A stretch of 64,000 nucleotides of DNA from Cenarchaeum sp. Its GTDB lineage: Archaea; Thermoproteota; Nitrososphaeria; Nitrososphaerales; Nitrosopumilaceae. Both the position numbers and the translations under genes were made by a program. The notes below the pieces were generated by a model. That model was not told where the DNA came from, did no database searches, and saw only the letters and a program-made list of their open reading frames with translations. The DNA is taken from NCBI GenBank assembly GCA_965206845.1, contig OZ242221.1, positions 1,440,001-1,504,000 on the forward strand, read 5' to 3'. Every line of letters begins with the position of its first letter. Within the stretch, counting starts at the first letter, position 1. This document shows, piece after piece, positions 40,150-50,646 of the stretch.

Positions 40150-41069
40150 TTTGTTCTTTTTGTCCTTCGCATGTCGATCATGACCCAGTCCTCGATCAGG
40201 CTGCAGGTTCTCGGACTCACCTCGCCGTCAATGGAGCACCTCTGCTCCACGGGGCAGTTGAGGCACGGCGCGTTCACTATCGACTCCGTACTGATTGGCG
40301 TCTTCTTTAGGATCAGCTTGTAGGTCCACCTGCCCTTCTCGATGATCTTCTCCCGTATGACTATGCCACGGCGCTCCATTCTGAGTGCGAGCCTCGAGCC
40401 GTCACGGCTGGAGATCTTTAACCTCTTCCAGAGCAGGTTTTGAAGCATTCCGTCGGTCTGGGAGCGGATGATTATGTCGCAGACCTTGTTTGTAAGCCTC
40501 TCCATGTCCACCTTTTCAATTTGAAAGTTCTCAATCTCATCCGACGAGAGCTCCTCCTCGAGCTGCTCCTCTAGTGTTCTTTCCTCCTTTTTTGCTGGTT
40601 TTTGTGTACTTGCTTTTTTAGCCGGCTTTTTTGCCGGCTTGGGTTTTGTGGACTTTGTACCTGCCTTTGGCTTTGCAGCTTTTTTAGCCGGCTTGGCCTT
40701 TGGCTTTGCAGCTTTTTTAGCCGGCTTGGCTTTGGGTTTCTCCGGTTCTGACTCTACCTTGGGGGCTGCTGGCTTGGCCTTTGGCCTTGCGGCTTTTTTG
40801 GCCGGCTTTTTTGCCGGTTTGGAAGCTGCTGGCTTTGGCGCGGGTGTCATGGGTTCTGGTTTAGGAGCTACAGGTTCGGGCGTATCGGCCTTTGGCTTGG
40901 GTGCTGTGGTTTTAGCTTGCCTCTTTTTTGTTTTTTTGGCAGGCGGCGGAGCTGCAGCGGCCTTGTGTATATCCTCAGATGGGGCATCCCCTTCCATGTT
41001 TGACTCATCTGCTTCGGCGCTTGCATTAGGTTCCTCTGCGGTTCCTGTTTTATCTGTCAAAGCAATCAC
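40146..41069 (-). CDS. Winged-helix protein with C-terminal Cys cluster (TFE-beta / Rpc34-like) and Lys/Ala/Pro-rich N-terminus
   Basis: GMLQNLLWKRL..SRLALRMERRG wHTH; PCLNC....RC.......SPRTC four-Cys motif. Confidence 0.7.
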   Translation of the reverse strand: MIALTDKTGTAEEPNASAEADESNMEGDAPSEDIHKAAAAPPPAKKTKKRQAKTTAPKPKADTPEPVAPKPEPMTPAPKPAASKPAKKPAKKAARPKAKPAAPKVESEPEKPKAKPAKKAAKPKAKPAKKAAKPKAGTKSTKPKPAKKPAKKASTQKPAKKEERTLEEQLEEELSSDEIENFQIEKVDMERLTNKVCDIIIRSQTDGMLQNLLWKRLKISSRDGSRLALRMERRGIVIREKIIEKGRWTYKLILKKTPISTESIVNAPCLNCPVEQRCSIDGEVSPRTCSLIEDWVMIDMRRTKRTK

Positions 41070-41272
41070 ACCATAAAATCACATCTGAGTAATTAATATT
41101 GCCAATATATAGCATACTTTTCGCGCATTCCATTAAATTCGGGGTAATATACGTGCTGTATCCACTGCGGGAATCCCGCCTCCGTGGATCGCTCCTCCAT
41201 AGTCATCAGCAGGCTGGCACCTGTAAGAGACCAGTCGGCAGCTACCCTGCACCTCCTGGTTGTGGGCAGGCA

Positions 41273-41572
41273 TCACACATGCGCCTGCCGCCAGCCGGGC
41301 TCCACATCAGCTACCGGCACCAAGACATAGGCAGGCTGTGACGTGCCGTACCGGTCATCTAGATCAGCTACCCTAATCGGCGGTGTGTCCGCAGCTACCG
41401 CATCCTCCACACCGGAATGCTCAAGAAATGGCAGCATGTCAAGCTCCCGACCGGGCTCCTCTAGAACCTGTGCAATGACGATGAAGCCGAAGATAACCGA
41501 TGCGGCCGCCGGGATCAGGAACACCATGTATGCTGTGCCTTGAACCACGGGCTTCTGCGCCTCCTGTTCCAA
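41273..41572 (-). pseudogene. Short, probably truncated membrane-anchored hypothetical protein
   Basis: One hydrophobic helix then early stop; MITE lies just upstream. Confidence 0.4.
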
Positions 41573-41636
41573 TATATCTATTGTCAAGCGGCGCCGTGCA
41601 AGACTAGTCTCCTTTGGGCAGACAGCAAGAGAACAG

Positions 41637-41774
41637 AGATGTGATTCGTAATTAGCACGCAGGCACATTAGAGCACGATCTTTGGCATAATCATACGAAA
41701 GTTGCATGCTTTGGAGCACACATCTGTAAGATTATGGGCATCGAAGGCCCGATTCTTAATTGCGGATCATGTCT
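41637..41774. mobile_element. 138-bp MITE, copy 3
   Basis: Flanked by CAG/CAG; near-identical to copies 1 and 2. Confidence 0.9.
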
Positions 41775-41910
41775 CAGGTTCCTGCGCTTGCACCCGTGAC
41801 GGTACTCTGCCGGTATGGTGTCTGTTGCAGTTAAAATTCATTGCAGGATGCCGCTTATGCTAAACCTGATCGAATAAGTTAAAATCTAGTTGACTATACA
41901 CAGTCATAGA

Positions 41911-44022
41911 ATGAGACTTCGAAGGTTTCGTGTCAGGGCATACCGCTGCATTCATGACTCGGGAATGATAACCGTGGGCGACTTGGCGGCGTTCGTAGGC
42001 AGAAACGAGAGCGGCAAGACCACGATCCTACAGGCGCTGACCCTTCTAAACAAGGACGAGAAGCTATCCGATCTTGACCTTTGTGATGAGATGTTCGACG
42101 AGCTCAAGCAAGAGATCAGAATTGTGGAGGGTGAGTTTGAGCTCAGTGACAACGAGACCGGCCTGATCAGGGAACACTTTCCAAACCTGCCCGAGCTGCA
42201 GAGGATAAAGATCTACCACACCAATACTAGTGATGCGACAGAGTATGACTTTGGCGACTACAGGATCGGTGACACGAAGAGGAGCAGCGTTAACGCGTGG
42301 GAGAACTTTAGGGCAAGCATCTTTGGCTTCCTTGACACCATACCCGGCCACATCGGGGTTCGGCTTGATACGAGGATCTTTGACGGCCCCATTCCGGCGC
42401 AGCAGGAGGTGTTTGACCGCCAGATGGCAGACTTTGACGCCCAGTTCCGTGCAATTGCGTCAGAGGAGCCACAGGTTGTGCATGAGTGGGAGAAGATCTA
42501 TGCCAGCCCGGAAGGCCGGTACGAAAACCTCATCCTGGGAACCTCAGACAGACAGGTTCTAGAGCGCTTTATCGGGACCAACCTCCATCCAAAGTTTGTA
42601 TACTTTTCTGAATACAAGAAGATCTACGGCAACATCAACCTCAACGAGTACCTCAAGGAGTCAAAGGGCGAGAGAAGGATGGGGATCGAGTACGTGGAGG
42701 AGTTTGACAAGGCCGAGACTGTGAGAAACCTGTTCTACCTTGCCGAGCTGGATGTGGAGGAGATGGAGACCATGCATGACAGCCCCTCGAGGCTGATCAA
42801 GTTTCTCAACACCGCGAGTAACAGGCTGACCCGCCGACTGAATCCCGTGTGGAAGGGCGACCCAATCCGCGTTGATCTCAGGTATCAGCCCGGGAACATA
42901 ATGAGCGTTGTAATATCGGATGTCCACGGGGACGGGACCATAACCAATACTGGACTGCTGAACAGAAGGGCAGAGGGCTTCAAGTGGACATTCTCGTTTA
43001 TTGTAAACTTTGCAGCAGAGACGCAGAGAGCCGAGCTCAAGGAGGCAATACTCCTCCTGGACGAGCCCGCAAGAAACCTGCACCCGACCCAGCAACGGGG
43101 AATCTCGGACCTGCTCAAGGCACTGGCCGGTTCCAACCAGGTGCTCTACGCTACACACTCGCCGTACATGATATTTGACTATACGCCGGGAAACCTGCTG
43201 GTGGTGGAGCTGGACAGAAGAAAGCACCTCAGCCGGATCTTTTACGACTACTGGAATGCCAAAGACAAGACCCTGGTGCCAATCCTCTACGGCCTGTCCA
43301 GGGGTCTGGTCCAGTCGATCATGGATAGCAGCATCGGATCCAACTCCCGGCCCGTAATCATAGTGGAGACCATGAGGGACAGCATGTACCTGAACGCCTT
43401 TGACAAACTCGTTCAGGATCCGAACATCTCCATGAATCCGCTGAACATAGTGCCGGCGTTTGACAAAAACTCGGTGCTTCCGTTGGCCATATTCTACCGG
43501 AATCACAGATACCGCACGTTCGTACTGCTGGACAACAGCGAGGAGTCAAAGCATATATCTACCAGGCTTGCCGCAAACAAATTCTTCCCGGAGCAGATCA
43601 TATTCTTTGAGAAGGACGGCCAGCCGGCCCAATCCATAGAGGACTACATGGCGACCGAGGACTACGTTTATGCGGTCAATCAAACCTACGGCGTCAAGCT
43701 CAGGTACGAGGGATACGTCGGCCTCACTGAAGAGGCGGTATTGGAGAAGACGCACCCCGGCATTGTCGAGAATCTTGGCGCCATATGGTCCGAGCACAGC
43801 GCGGCCGAGTGGGGCAGGTTCGACAGCGAGGAGATCGCAAGGTACATCTGCGACAAGATTCTTCTTGAAGAGACCGAGTTTCTCTCCGACAGCACCAAAG
43901 ACAACTTCAGGCACCTGTACCGGCTGATTATGGAGCGAATCAGGCAGTATCAGAATATGACCGCGGCAGAGAGATCAACGCGTTTGGACTACAGCTATGG
44001 CAACGTCAGGACGGGTATGTAG
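41911..44022 (+). CDS. OLD-family-like ABC ATPase with TOPRIM-like domain
   Basis: GRNESGKT Walker A, LLLDEP..LHP, YATHSP, IIVE...D and LLDN. Confidence 0.8.
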   Translation: MRLRRFRVRAYRCIHDSGMITVGDLAAFVGRNESGKTTILQALTLLNKDEKLSDLDLCDEMFDELKQEIRIVEGEFELSDNETGLIREHFPNLPELQRIKIYHTNTSDATEYDFGDYRIGDTKRSSVNAWENFRASIFGFLDTIPGHIGVRLDTRIFDGPIPAQQEVFDRQMADFDAQFRAIASEEPQVVHEWEKIYASPEGRYENLILGTSDRQVLERFIGTNLHPKFVYFSEYKKIYGNINLNEYLKESKGERRMGIEYVEEFDKAETVRNLFYLAELDVEEMETMHDSPSRLIKFLNTASNRLTRRLNPVWKGDPIRVDLRYQPGNIMSVVISDVHGDGTITNTGLLNRRAEGFKWTFSFIVNFAAETQRAELKEAILLLDEPARNLHPTQQRGISDLLKALAGSNQVLYATHSPYMIFDYTPGNLLVVELDRRKHLSRIFYDYWNAKDKTLVPILYGLSRGLVQSIMDSSIGSNSRPVIIVETMRDSMYLNAFDKLVQDPNISMNPLNIVPAFDKNSVLPLAIFYRNHRYRTFVLLDNSEESKHISTRLAANKFFPEQIIFFEKDGQPAQSIEDYMATEDYVYAVNQTYGVKLRYEGYVGLTEEAVLEKTHPGIVENLGAIWSEHSAAEWGRFDSEEIARYICDKILLEETEFLSDSTKDNFRHLYRLIMERIRQYQNMTAAERSTRLDYSYGNVRTGM

Positions 44023-44076
44023 GGGTATGCCCACGTGCGCCATGATGTGTAATTCTACTCTGGAGCGTGCAGGGGA

Positions 44077-46272
44077 GTGATGCACATGCGTTTCTCTGTG
44101 GTGACATCCGCCTTGGTTGTGCTACTGGCATCCGGACTGTTCCTTGCCGGCGCCGCCGCGCAGTCGTCGATCACGGTGCAGAGCACCGGCCTGGGCATGA
44201 ACAACCTCATCGAGTTTGATAACGCGGGGGCCGACGATATCTCAACGATCAGAATGTGGCTGTCCGGCGGAGCCAGCTTTACGTCCTTTAAGACGGAGGG
44301 CGGCTGGTCCGGTGAGAAGAACAGCGTGGGCGTGTTGGTGTTCACGGCAGACACCCCGCTCCAGGCGGGCGAGTCCGTAAGGTTTGCCGTCTATACCGAT
44401 GTCGAAGGTCCCTCGGTAAACTGGAAGGCAGTTGATGCGGACGGCAACGACATAGCGTCGGGACTGGAGAGAGTGCAGGGCCCGTCTGCCCCACCGACCA
44501 CGCAGACCCCACCGACCACGCAGACCCCACCGACCACGCAGACCCCACCGACCACGCAGACCCCACCGCCAAGTGCCATAACATCCACACTCAGATCGAC
44601 CCCGTCAGATCCCGGCATCGGATCCTCCGTCAGGATCATCGGCGAAGACTTTGTCGCCGGCCAGAGCCTTGAGGTATTCTTGGACGGCGTAAAGCTTGGC
44701 TCCTCATTTGAGAGCGGCGCCGACGGGGACTTTGTAATTACCAGAACGGTTCCCGCATCCGAGTCTGCAGGCAGCGCCACGCTCGTTATCAGGGGTGACC
44801 AAGTCGATCTGGCAGACTCCGCAATCACAATCACTGACACAAAGAGGCCCGAATCAAGACCGGTACAAAGCGTTGCAGTGGCGCGGCTGATGGTAAACCA
44901 GGTTCCGGCATCGGTGGAGCAGGGTGACGCAATCTCGGTCTCTGGAACCGGGGAGCCTGGGGCGTGGGTCAAATACGACCTCGCAGGTGACGACGGCAGC
45001 CTGCTGACCACGGGAGTGGAGAACATAGACTCGGCCGGATCCTGGAGGTTGGAGACGGTCATTCCGCACCAGGCATCGGCCGGTGGGTACTCCTTGGACG
45101 CGACCGACGGCAGGACAGACCTCACACGAAATCTGAAGATCGTCTCGGTCCTGATGATAGAGATTGAGCCGACCAAGGATCGGTTCTCGCCAGGCCAGAA
45201 CATCACGTTTACAGGCACCGTGGATGCCAACCGGTCGGTGGACGCAATCCTGGTGGATTCCCGAGGCACGGAGGTCATGCACAGAACCATCCAGGCAGAC
45301 AAAAACGGTGCCATATCATTCGGGTATACCACCAGGTCCAACAATCCGACGGGAACCTACACCCTGATCATCATGCAGGACTCCGCTGTGGCGACGACCA
45401 TTGTGGGCCTCGGGGAGAACCCGACAAGCAGGGCAATCGTGGTGCTTGATGCGGTAAGCTATAGATCCAGCGACACGCTCACGGCGCTCATCATCGGAGA
45501 ACCGGGCTCGATTGTGTCACTGGCGGTCTTTGATGATGTCAACGACCAGTCCAGAGATATCGGCCAGGGCAGAAACCAACCAGACCCGACCGTCAATATC
45601 GGCCCCGGCGGTACTGCAAAGTACACGCTGAGTCTGAACAGGTTCAACACCGGAGAGTATGAAGTCGTGGTGAGATGGGCTAACCAGGAGCACGGGGACA
45701 AGTTTGTGGTAGATCCGCGAACGCCCACAGAGCTTACCGTCAATGTTCGCAACAAGCCCTACACATTCGGCGAGGATATCCTGGTCAGGGTGAACACGAA
45801 TGTAGCGTATGCCGCAATTACTCTAAAGCTCACTGATCCCGACGGCAACGTGGTGACAGATCTGGAAACATTCACAGACAGAAACGATGGCAGCACCACG
45901 CTGCTACGCATCCCAACGGGCGCGCAGGAGGGCCAGTGGAAGCTGGTGGTAAAGGGCGGCTCGCAGACCGACACCAAGAGCATACAGGTGGTTGAGGAAG
46001 TGCGCGAGGGGCTCCATGTCGAGTTCGTTGAGTGCCAGAGCGGCATTCTATTCTTCCAAGGCTCCGGTGCGGGCCGCGGCGTGTCTGACGATATTACAGC
46101 AGTGGCAACGGACAGCGACGGCAATGAAATCGCCCGTTCCACCACCACTTATCTGAGCGACGGCACGTTCCAGATCCCCCTACCGGGTGAGAACTTTGAA
46201 TCCGGAGACTACACGTTAGAAGTCAACGATGGCCGAAATAAGGCATCGACCACGTTTAACTCGTCTTGTTAG
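44077..46272 (+). CDS. Secreted multi-beta-sandwich surface protein
   Basis: Signal peptide, Pro/Thr linker, G.Y.L beta-strand repeats. Confidence 0.75.
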   Translation: MMHMRFSVVTSALVVLLASGLFLAGAAAQSSITVQSTGLGMNNLIEFDNAGADDISTIRMWLSGGASFTSFKTEGGWSGEKNSVGVLVFTADTPLQAGESVRFAVYTDVEGPSVNWKAVDADGNDIASGLERVQGPSAPPTTQTPPTTQTPPTTQTPPTTQTPPPSAITSTLRSTPSDPGIGSSVRIIGEDFVAGQSLEVFLDGVKLGSSFESGADGDFVITRTVPASESAGSATLVIRGDQVDLADSAITITDTKRPESRPVQSVAVARLMVNQVPASVEQGDAISVSGTGEPGAWVKYDLAGDDGSLLTTGVENIDSAGSWRLETVIPHQASAGGYSLDATDGRTDLTRNLKIVSVLMIEIEPTKDRFSPGQNITFTGTVDANRSVDAILVDSRGTEVMHRTIQADKNGAISFGYTTRSNNPTGTYTLIIMQDSAVATTIVGLGENPTSRAIVVLDAVSYRSSDTLTALIIGEPGSIVSLAVFDDVNDQSRDIGQGRNQPDPTVNIGPGGTAKYTLSLNRFNTGEYEVVVRWANQEHGDKFVVDPRTPTELTVNVRNKPYTFGEDILVRVNTNVAYAAITLKLTDPDGNVVTDLETFTDRNDGSTTLLRIPTGAQEGQWKLVVKGGSQTDTKSIQVVEEVREGLHVEFVECQSGILFFQGSGAGRGVSDDITAVATDSDGNEIARSTTTYLSDGTFQIPLPGENFESGDYTLEVNDGRNKASTTFNSSC
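44491..44570 (+). repeat. 18-bp tandem repeat x4 (PPTTQT linker)
   Basis: CCACCGACCACGCAGACC repeated four times. Confidence 0.95.
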
Positions 46273-46587
46273 CTGCGACAAGGATGGCTTGCCTTGTTGC
46301 CTGACGGCCTAGGTGTTATGTGGGCCAAGTCTACCGCATGACATGAATGCCGTCAGAATCAATCATGCCGGTGGCCTGCGGCCGGCAGCCGAGCTCTGCG
46401 TGCATGCTGGCGCCGTGTAACGGCTCAACCTGGGGAACCCGTCCTGCCAGACGACAATGGATGCTTACAGGGCCGGCGTATGCCGGCTGGATGTGGCCAG
46501 CAGGAACCACAGCCAGGATCGGCACGCACGGAAAGGATCGTACGGATATGGAATAATTTTTATCCGCTTGCATTTGCGTTCCGTTTG

Positions 46588-47112
46588 TTGAACCTGAAGG
46601 GCCTGATAGACGAGTTTCCCGACTTTCCAAAGAAGGGGGTCCTGTTCAGGGATTTTGGCCCCGTTCTCCGGGATCCCGAGGCGCTGGAGTCGCTGGCAGA
46701 CGGGCTGTCGGCACACTTTTCTCCCGATGACGTGGATCTCTTTGCGGGCATCGAGTCGCGGGGATTCATACTTGCATGCGCCATGGCGCTCAAGCACAAA
46801 AAGGGCATGGTTCTTGTGCGCAAGACAGGAAAGCTGCCCGGGAAAACGGCCAAGGCATCATACACGGTTGAGTACGGCCAGGACACCATGGAGATTCAGA
46901 GACACGCAATAGCCAGGGGCCAGCGCGTGATGATCTGTGACGACCTCCTGGCAACGGGGGGAACCGCGGCCGCCGCTGCCAGCCTGGTGGAGGAGGTGGG
47001 CGGCAGTGTAGCGGGATTTCTGTTCATTATCGAGCTTGCCGGACTTGGGGGCGCAGAGAGGATCAAGGGATACTGCCACGAGTCGCTGGTGGAGTACCGG
47101 GCGGAGGAATGA
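46588..47112 (+). CDS. apt: Adenine phosphoribosyltransferase
   Basis: [34 protein letters not shown]. Confidence 0.95.
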   Translation: MNLKGLIDEFPDFPKKGVLFRDFGPVLRDPEALESLADGLSAHFSPDDVDLFAGIESRGFILACAMALKHKKGMVLVRKTGKLPGKTAKASYTVEYGQDTMEIQRHAIARGQRVMICDDLLATGGTAAAAASLVEEVGGSVAGFLFIIELAGLGGAERIKGYCHESLVEYRAEE

Positions 47113-47128
47113 ACCGGAGGCGCGGGAC

Positions 47129-47938
47129 ATGACCGTCCCTGATGCAGACAGGGCCGAGGTGGCAGTCTTTGGCGGCACGGGAATGTACGACTCGGGGCTG
47201 CTGGAGGACGCAAGGGAGATCAACGTAAAGACGCCCTACGGGGAGACATCAGACTCGATAACCACGGGCGTGTTCCGGGGGCGCAGGGTAGCGTTCATGC
47301 CCAGGCATGGAAGACGCCACACCATACCGCCGCACCTGATCAACTTCCGGGCAAACATATGGGCGTTCCGGGAGATGGGTGTAAAGAGAATAATCTCGCC
47401 GTCCGCGGTGGGCAGCCTCAGGGAAGGCATAGCCCCCGGGGACTTTGTGATTCCCTCGCAGTTTCTGGACTTTACAAAGTCCAGGAAGGGCTCGTTCTCC
47501 GAGAACGGCAGGGTGATCCACATCTCAGTGGCGGATCCCTTCTGTCCCCAGCTGCAGGATGTGGTGCTCGGGGCAGCGCAGGGCAGCGGCGTCAGGGTTC
47601 ACCGGGACACCACGTACGTCTGCATCGAGGGGCCGCGGTTCTCCACCCGGGCGGAGTCTAGGTTCTTTCGCGGCACGGGGGCCGACGTAATCGGCATGAC
47701 CCTGGTTCCCGAGTGCCAGCTGGCAAGGGAGGCCCAGATGTGCTACGCATCCATCTCTGCCGTGACAGACTATGACGTCTGGGCCGACAGGCCGGTGACC
47801 GCCAGGGATGTCCAAGATACGCTGGCAGGCAACGTGGAGAGCATAAAGAGGATCCTCACAAGGGCGATAGGTGACATCCCCGCAGAGAGGTCGTGCCGCT
47901 GCGAGGCGGCCCTCTCCGAGGCCGAGTTCTCTGCGTAG
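47129..47938 (+). CDS. mtnP: S-methyl-5'-thioadenosine phosphorylase
   Basis: [29 protein letters not shown]. Confidence 0.93.
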   Translation: MTVPDADRAEVAVFGGTGMYDSGLLEDAREINVKTPYGETSDSITTGVFRGRRVAFMPRHGRRHTIPPHLINFRANIWAFREMGVKRIISPSAVGSLREGIAPGDFVIPSQFLDFTKSRKGSFSENGRVIHISVADPFCPQLQDVVLGAAQGSGVRVHRDTTYVCIEGPRFSTRAESRFFRGTGADVIGMTLVPECQLAREAQMCYASISAVTDYDVWADRPVTARDVQDTLAGNVESIKRILTRAIGDIPAERSCRCEAALSEAEFSA

Positions 47939-47953
47939 CGCGCGGCCGCCCAG

Positions 47954-48241
47954 TCAGGTCCCGTCGACAAACGAGTTTTTTGTGATGTTGTCGGGGATTG
48001 TGAGGTCGCCTTGCAGGAGGCTCCGCTGCAGCACCAGTATGATCTCCTCTGGGTCGTGGCCCAGGCCGGCCAGCTGCTTCTGCGTGGCCCTGGATATCTT
48101 TGCTCCCACGTTCTGGCCGCCGATGCGCCCAAACGCGATTGCCGTAAACCGGAACGTGTGCTCGCCTACGGTGAACCTCCCGGTTATCTTGGCTGCCATC
48201 TGGCTGCCGCGGACGCTGTTTATGTGCACCTTGAGGTTCAA
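47954..48241 (-). CDS. Conserved hypothetical protein
   Basis: 95-aa ORF with 4-bp overlap to the upstream gene. Confidence 0.7.
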   Translation of the reverse strand: MNLKVHINSVRGSQMAAKITGRFTVGEHTFRFTAIAFGRIGGQNVGAKISRATQKQLAGLGHDPEEIILVLQRSLLQGDLTIPDNITKNSFVDGT

Positions 48242-48642
48242 CCGGATATCTCAACTGCCCGGTTTACGTTGTCATCGACAAGAAAGCTCCAGTGGTGGTC
48301 GTCCTTTACTGCATAGTCCTCCACGTCCAGGGAGATTACCCTCTCGCCCAGGCACTCGTGCCTTGCCGGCGCGTCACGCTTTAGCCGGGCCAGCCGCCAC
48401 CGATCCCTGTCCTTTTGCAGCCTGCAGACGGTTACGGCCCACTTCTCATCGGGCTCGATCTTGGGCATGCCGACTATGTCGGCGATGGCCTCTATTCCCA
48501 GCTGCTTCTCCTCGCAGAACTTCTTCCTACATGCCCCGCAGCGCCATACGTCTACTGACCCGATGGTCCTCTCGTCTATGTTGATGTTGATCACGCCAAA
48601 GTACACCGGCTGGTGCTTGCAGGACTCTGTATCTGCCATCAT
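48238..48642 (-). CDS. Conserved hypothetical protein with CxxC
   Basis: Coupled stop/start overlaps; WRCGACRKKFC. Confidence 0.7.
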   Translation of the reverse strand: MMADTESCKHQPVYFGVININIDERTIGSVDVWRCGACRKKFCEEKQLGIEAIADIVGMPKIEPDEKWAVTVCRLQKDRDRWRLARLKRDAPARHECLGERVISLDVEDYAVKDDHHWSFLVDDNVNRAVEISG

Positions 48643-49028
48643 CTACTCCCCACCTGCCCGACCTTATTTATTCTTGCAGAGTCGTAGTGCCGCTCCAGGA
48701 CCACGCCGATGCCGTCCACTGCCTTGTTGCGCCCGAACTTCAGGCCCTTCTGCATGCACATCCTCCTGTACATGTTGACCGCGGTAAAGCGCGGGTGCAT
48801 GGCCTCAAACTCGGTGGCCGACATGGCGATAAAGGCGCCCAGCTGCACCATCCTCTCACACAGCCTGATGCACTCGGCCTCGGGCAGGCCCATCCGTTCC
48901 GAGATCTTCCCTGCCGGCATCGGACCCTCCACCGTAATCAGCAGGTACAGTCCGGCCTCTTGCGGGTCAAGCCCCACCTCTGAGATCAGCACCTGTCTGA
49001 TCTGCTGCAGGCCGGCAGGTCCGGTCAT
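48639..49028 (-). CDS. TrmB-like HTH hypothetical protein
   Basis: GL...EA.LYL.....GPM.A..IS pattern; HPRFTAVNMY. Confidence 0.65.
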   Translation of the reverse strand: MTGPAGLQQIRQVLISEVGLDPQEAGLYLLITVEGPMPAGKISERMGLPEAECIRLCERMVQLGAFIAMSATEFEAMHPRFTAVNMYRRMCMQKGLKFGRNKAVDGIGVVLERHYDSARINKVGQVGSR

Positions 49029-49249
49029 GCCTTGGCGCCGCCGACAAAGAACTTTTTGATGATCTTCAGCGAGAGTACCATGCTCACAAAGTGCACGGCG
49101 GCGCCTATTATGGCCGCCTGTATCAGGTCTCCAAGCACCAGCCATCCGACGAAAAAGGCCGCAAGGGACGGCGCCGTGATTACCATCGCAATTACCGTTC
49201 CCCGGATGATGATCTTTCTCCTTGTAATGCCGGGGGTTTTGTCGGTCAA
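49025..49249 (-). CDS. Small two-helix membrane protein
   Basis: Two hydrophobic segments; overlaps next start by 4 bp. Confidence 0.65.
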   Translation of the reverse strand: MTDKTPGITRRKIIIRGTVIAMVITAPSLAAFFVGWLVLGDLIQAAIIGAAVHFVSMVLSLKIIKKFFVGGAKA

Positions 49250-49399
49250 CGGTATACTTGCGTCACGTGCAGGTAATAAAAACCAAATATGCCAGATGCG
49301 GCCGCCGGGACAGGCACCGCACATTCTCTTTCATTGGGTTCTGCGGCCGGCCGGATCACAGGCTGCGCGCCTGGACTGCCAGGAGCAGGATGTGGCTGC

Positions 49400-50605
49400 C
49401 TACCGCAGGCCCAGACCCGCCCGGAACTCCTCGCTCCACTTGGTGTAGGCGCGAATCATCTCGGCCGAGACGCTGGGCTTCCTTCCAGTCATGATCTCCC
49501 TAAAGTCGTTCATGTTGAGGTCCCTTGGCTGGGGCGCCTCCCCGCAGTCGACATCGTTCTGGTAGTTGGGTGAGTTGAACAGCTCGTGCACCGTCTTTAG
49601 CTGCGCCGACTGGCACACGTCCTTGATGTCGCTGGCGCTGTACCCCTCAAAGAGCCTTGCCAGAATCTGGGCCTTCACCCTCAGGTCCTTTTTTAGCGGT
49701 GACGTGTACATCTCAAACAGGTTCTGCCTTGCCTCCAGCGTGGGCAGCTGGACGTAGATTCTCTGCTGGAACCTCCTGAGGAACGGCCAGTCGAGGCTCC
49801 AAGGCTTGTTCGTCGCGCCGATAACGTACATCTTCAGATCCTTGCCCTTGTCGTTGACGCCGTCCATCTCGGCTAGGACCTGGTTCTTTATCCTGGTCTC
49901 GCCCCCCACCTCGGAGCTGCGCGATCCCAGCAGCGAGTCGATCTCGTCTATGAATATGATTACGGGCTTGCCCTCCTTCTCGGTGTATGCACGCGCCATG
50001 CCAAACAGCTTTGCGACGTTCTTTTCTGCCTCGCCAAGCCACTTGCTCATCATCGAGGCCGCGTCCACATTGATAAAGTAGCCGTCAATCTCACTGGCAG
50101 TAGCCGCGGCAAGTATGGTCTTGCCGCATCCGGGCGGGCCGTACAGAAGCAGTCCGCGCGGCCACCCCAGCGGAAACAGATCCGGCCTCTTGGTGGGATA
50201 CACGATGGACACCCTCAGCGCATTCTTGACGTCGTCCAGGCCAACCACCTCATTCCAGCTGACGTTGGGCTTTTCCTTCATTACCAGCTCGTCAAAGTCG
50301 TTGGCGCCCCGCTGCTTGCTTATTGATCTCTTCTGCTCCTCTGGCGACGCATTGGGATCGGCCACCGGCTCGACGCCGTGGGCCTTTTGCAGCATCTTGA
50401 TTCTGTCCTGGTACGACACGGTGCGCCCCCTGTAGAGCGAGTTCAGCCTGCTGGACGGGTACAGCCGTATCAGCTTTACAAGGGCGTCTATTGCCTTTTG
50501 GTAGTTTGTGATTGCCATGCCCCGCGCCCCCTGGGAGTCAAACCGTATGGCGGTGGACGCGTGCTTGCTTGCCATATTTTCCAATTCCTGCGGTGCCTGA
50601 CTCAT
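49400..50605 (-). CDS. cdvC: Vps4/CdvC AAA ATPase with MIT domain
   Basis: N-terminal MIT helices, LFPLGWPRG, GPPGCGKT, SKWLGEAEK, IFIDEID. Confidence 0.92.
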   Translation of the reverse strand: MSQAPQELENMASKHASTAIRFDSQGARGMAITNYQKAIDALVKLIRLYPSSRLNSLYRGRTVSYQDRIKMLQKAHGVEPVADPNASPEEQKRSISKQRGANDFDELVMKEKPNVSWNEVVGLDDVKNALRVSIVYPTKRPDLFPLGWPRGLLLYGPPGCGKTILAAATASEIDGYFINVDAASMMSKWLGEAEKNVAKLFGMARAYTEKEGKPVIIFIDEIDSLLGSRSSEVGGETRIKNQVLAEMDGVNDKGKDLKMYVIGATNKPWSLDWPFLRRFQQRIYVQLPTLEARQNLFEMYTSPLKKDLRVKAQILARLFEGYSASDIKDVCQSAQLKTVHELFNSPNYQNDVDCGEAPQPRDLNMNDFREIMTGRKPSVSAEMIRAYTKWSEEFRAGLGLR

Positions 50606-50646
50606 TCTAACTAACCTTCAACCACTGCTGTAAAATTTTATTGGTA

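Noticed and set aside
41273-41719. 148-aa ORF starting inside MITE copy 3, and similar ORFs at 24898, 25144 and 26188
   Set aside because: Chance read-out from MITE sequence; the MITE has a stop in the frame of the ISH3 gene it interrupts.
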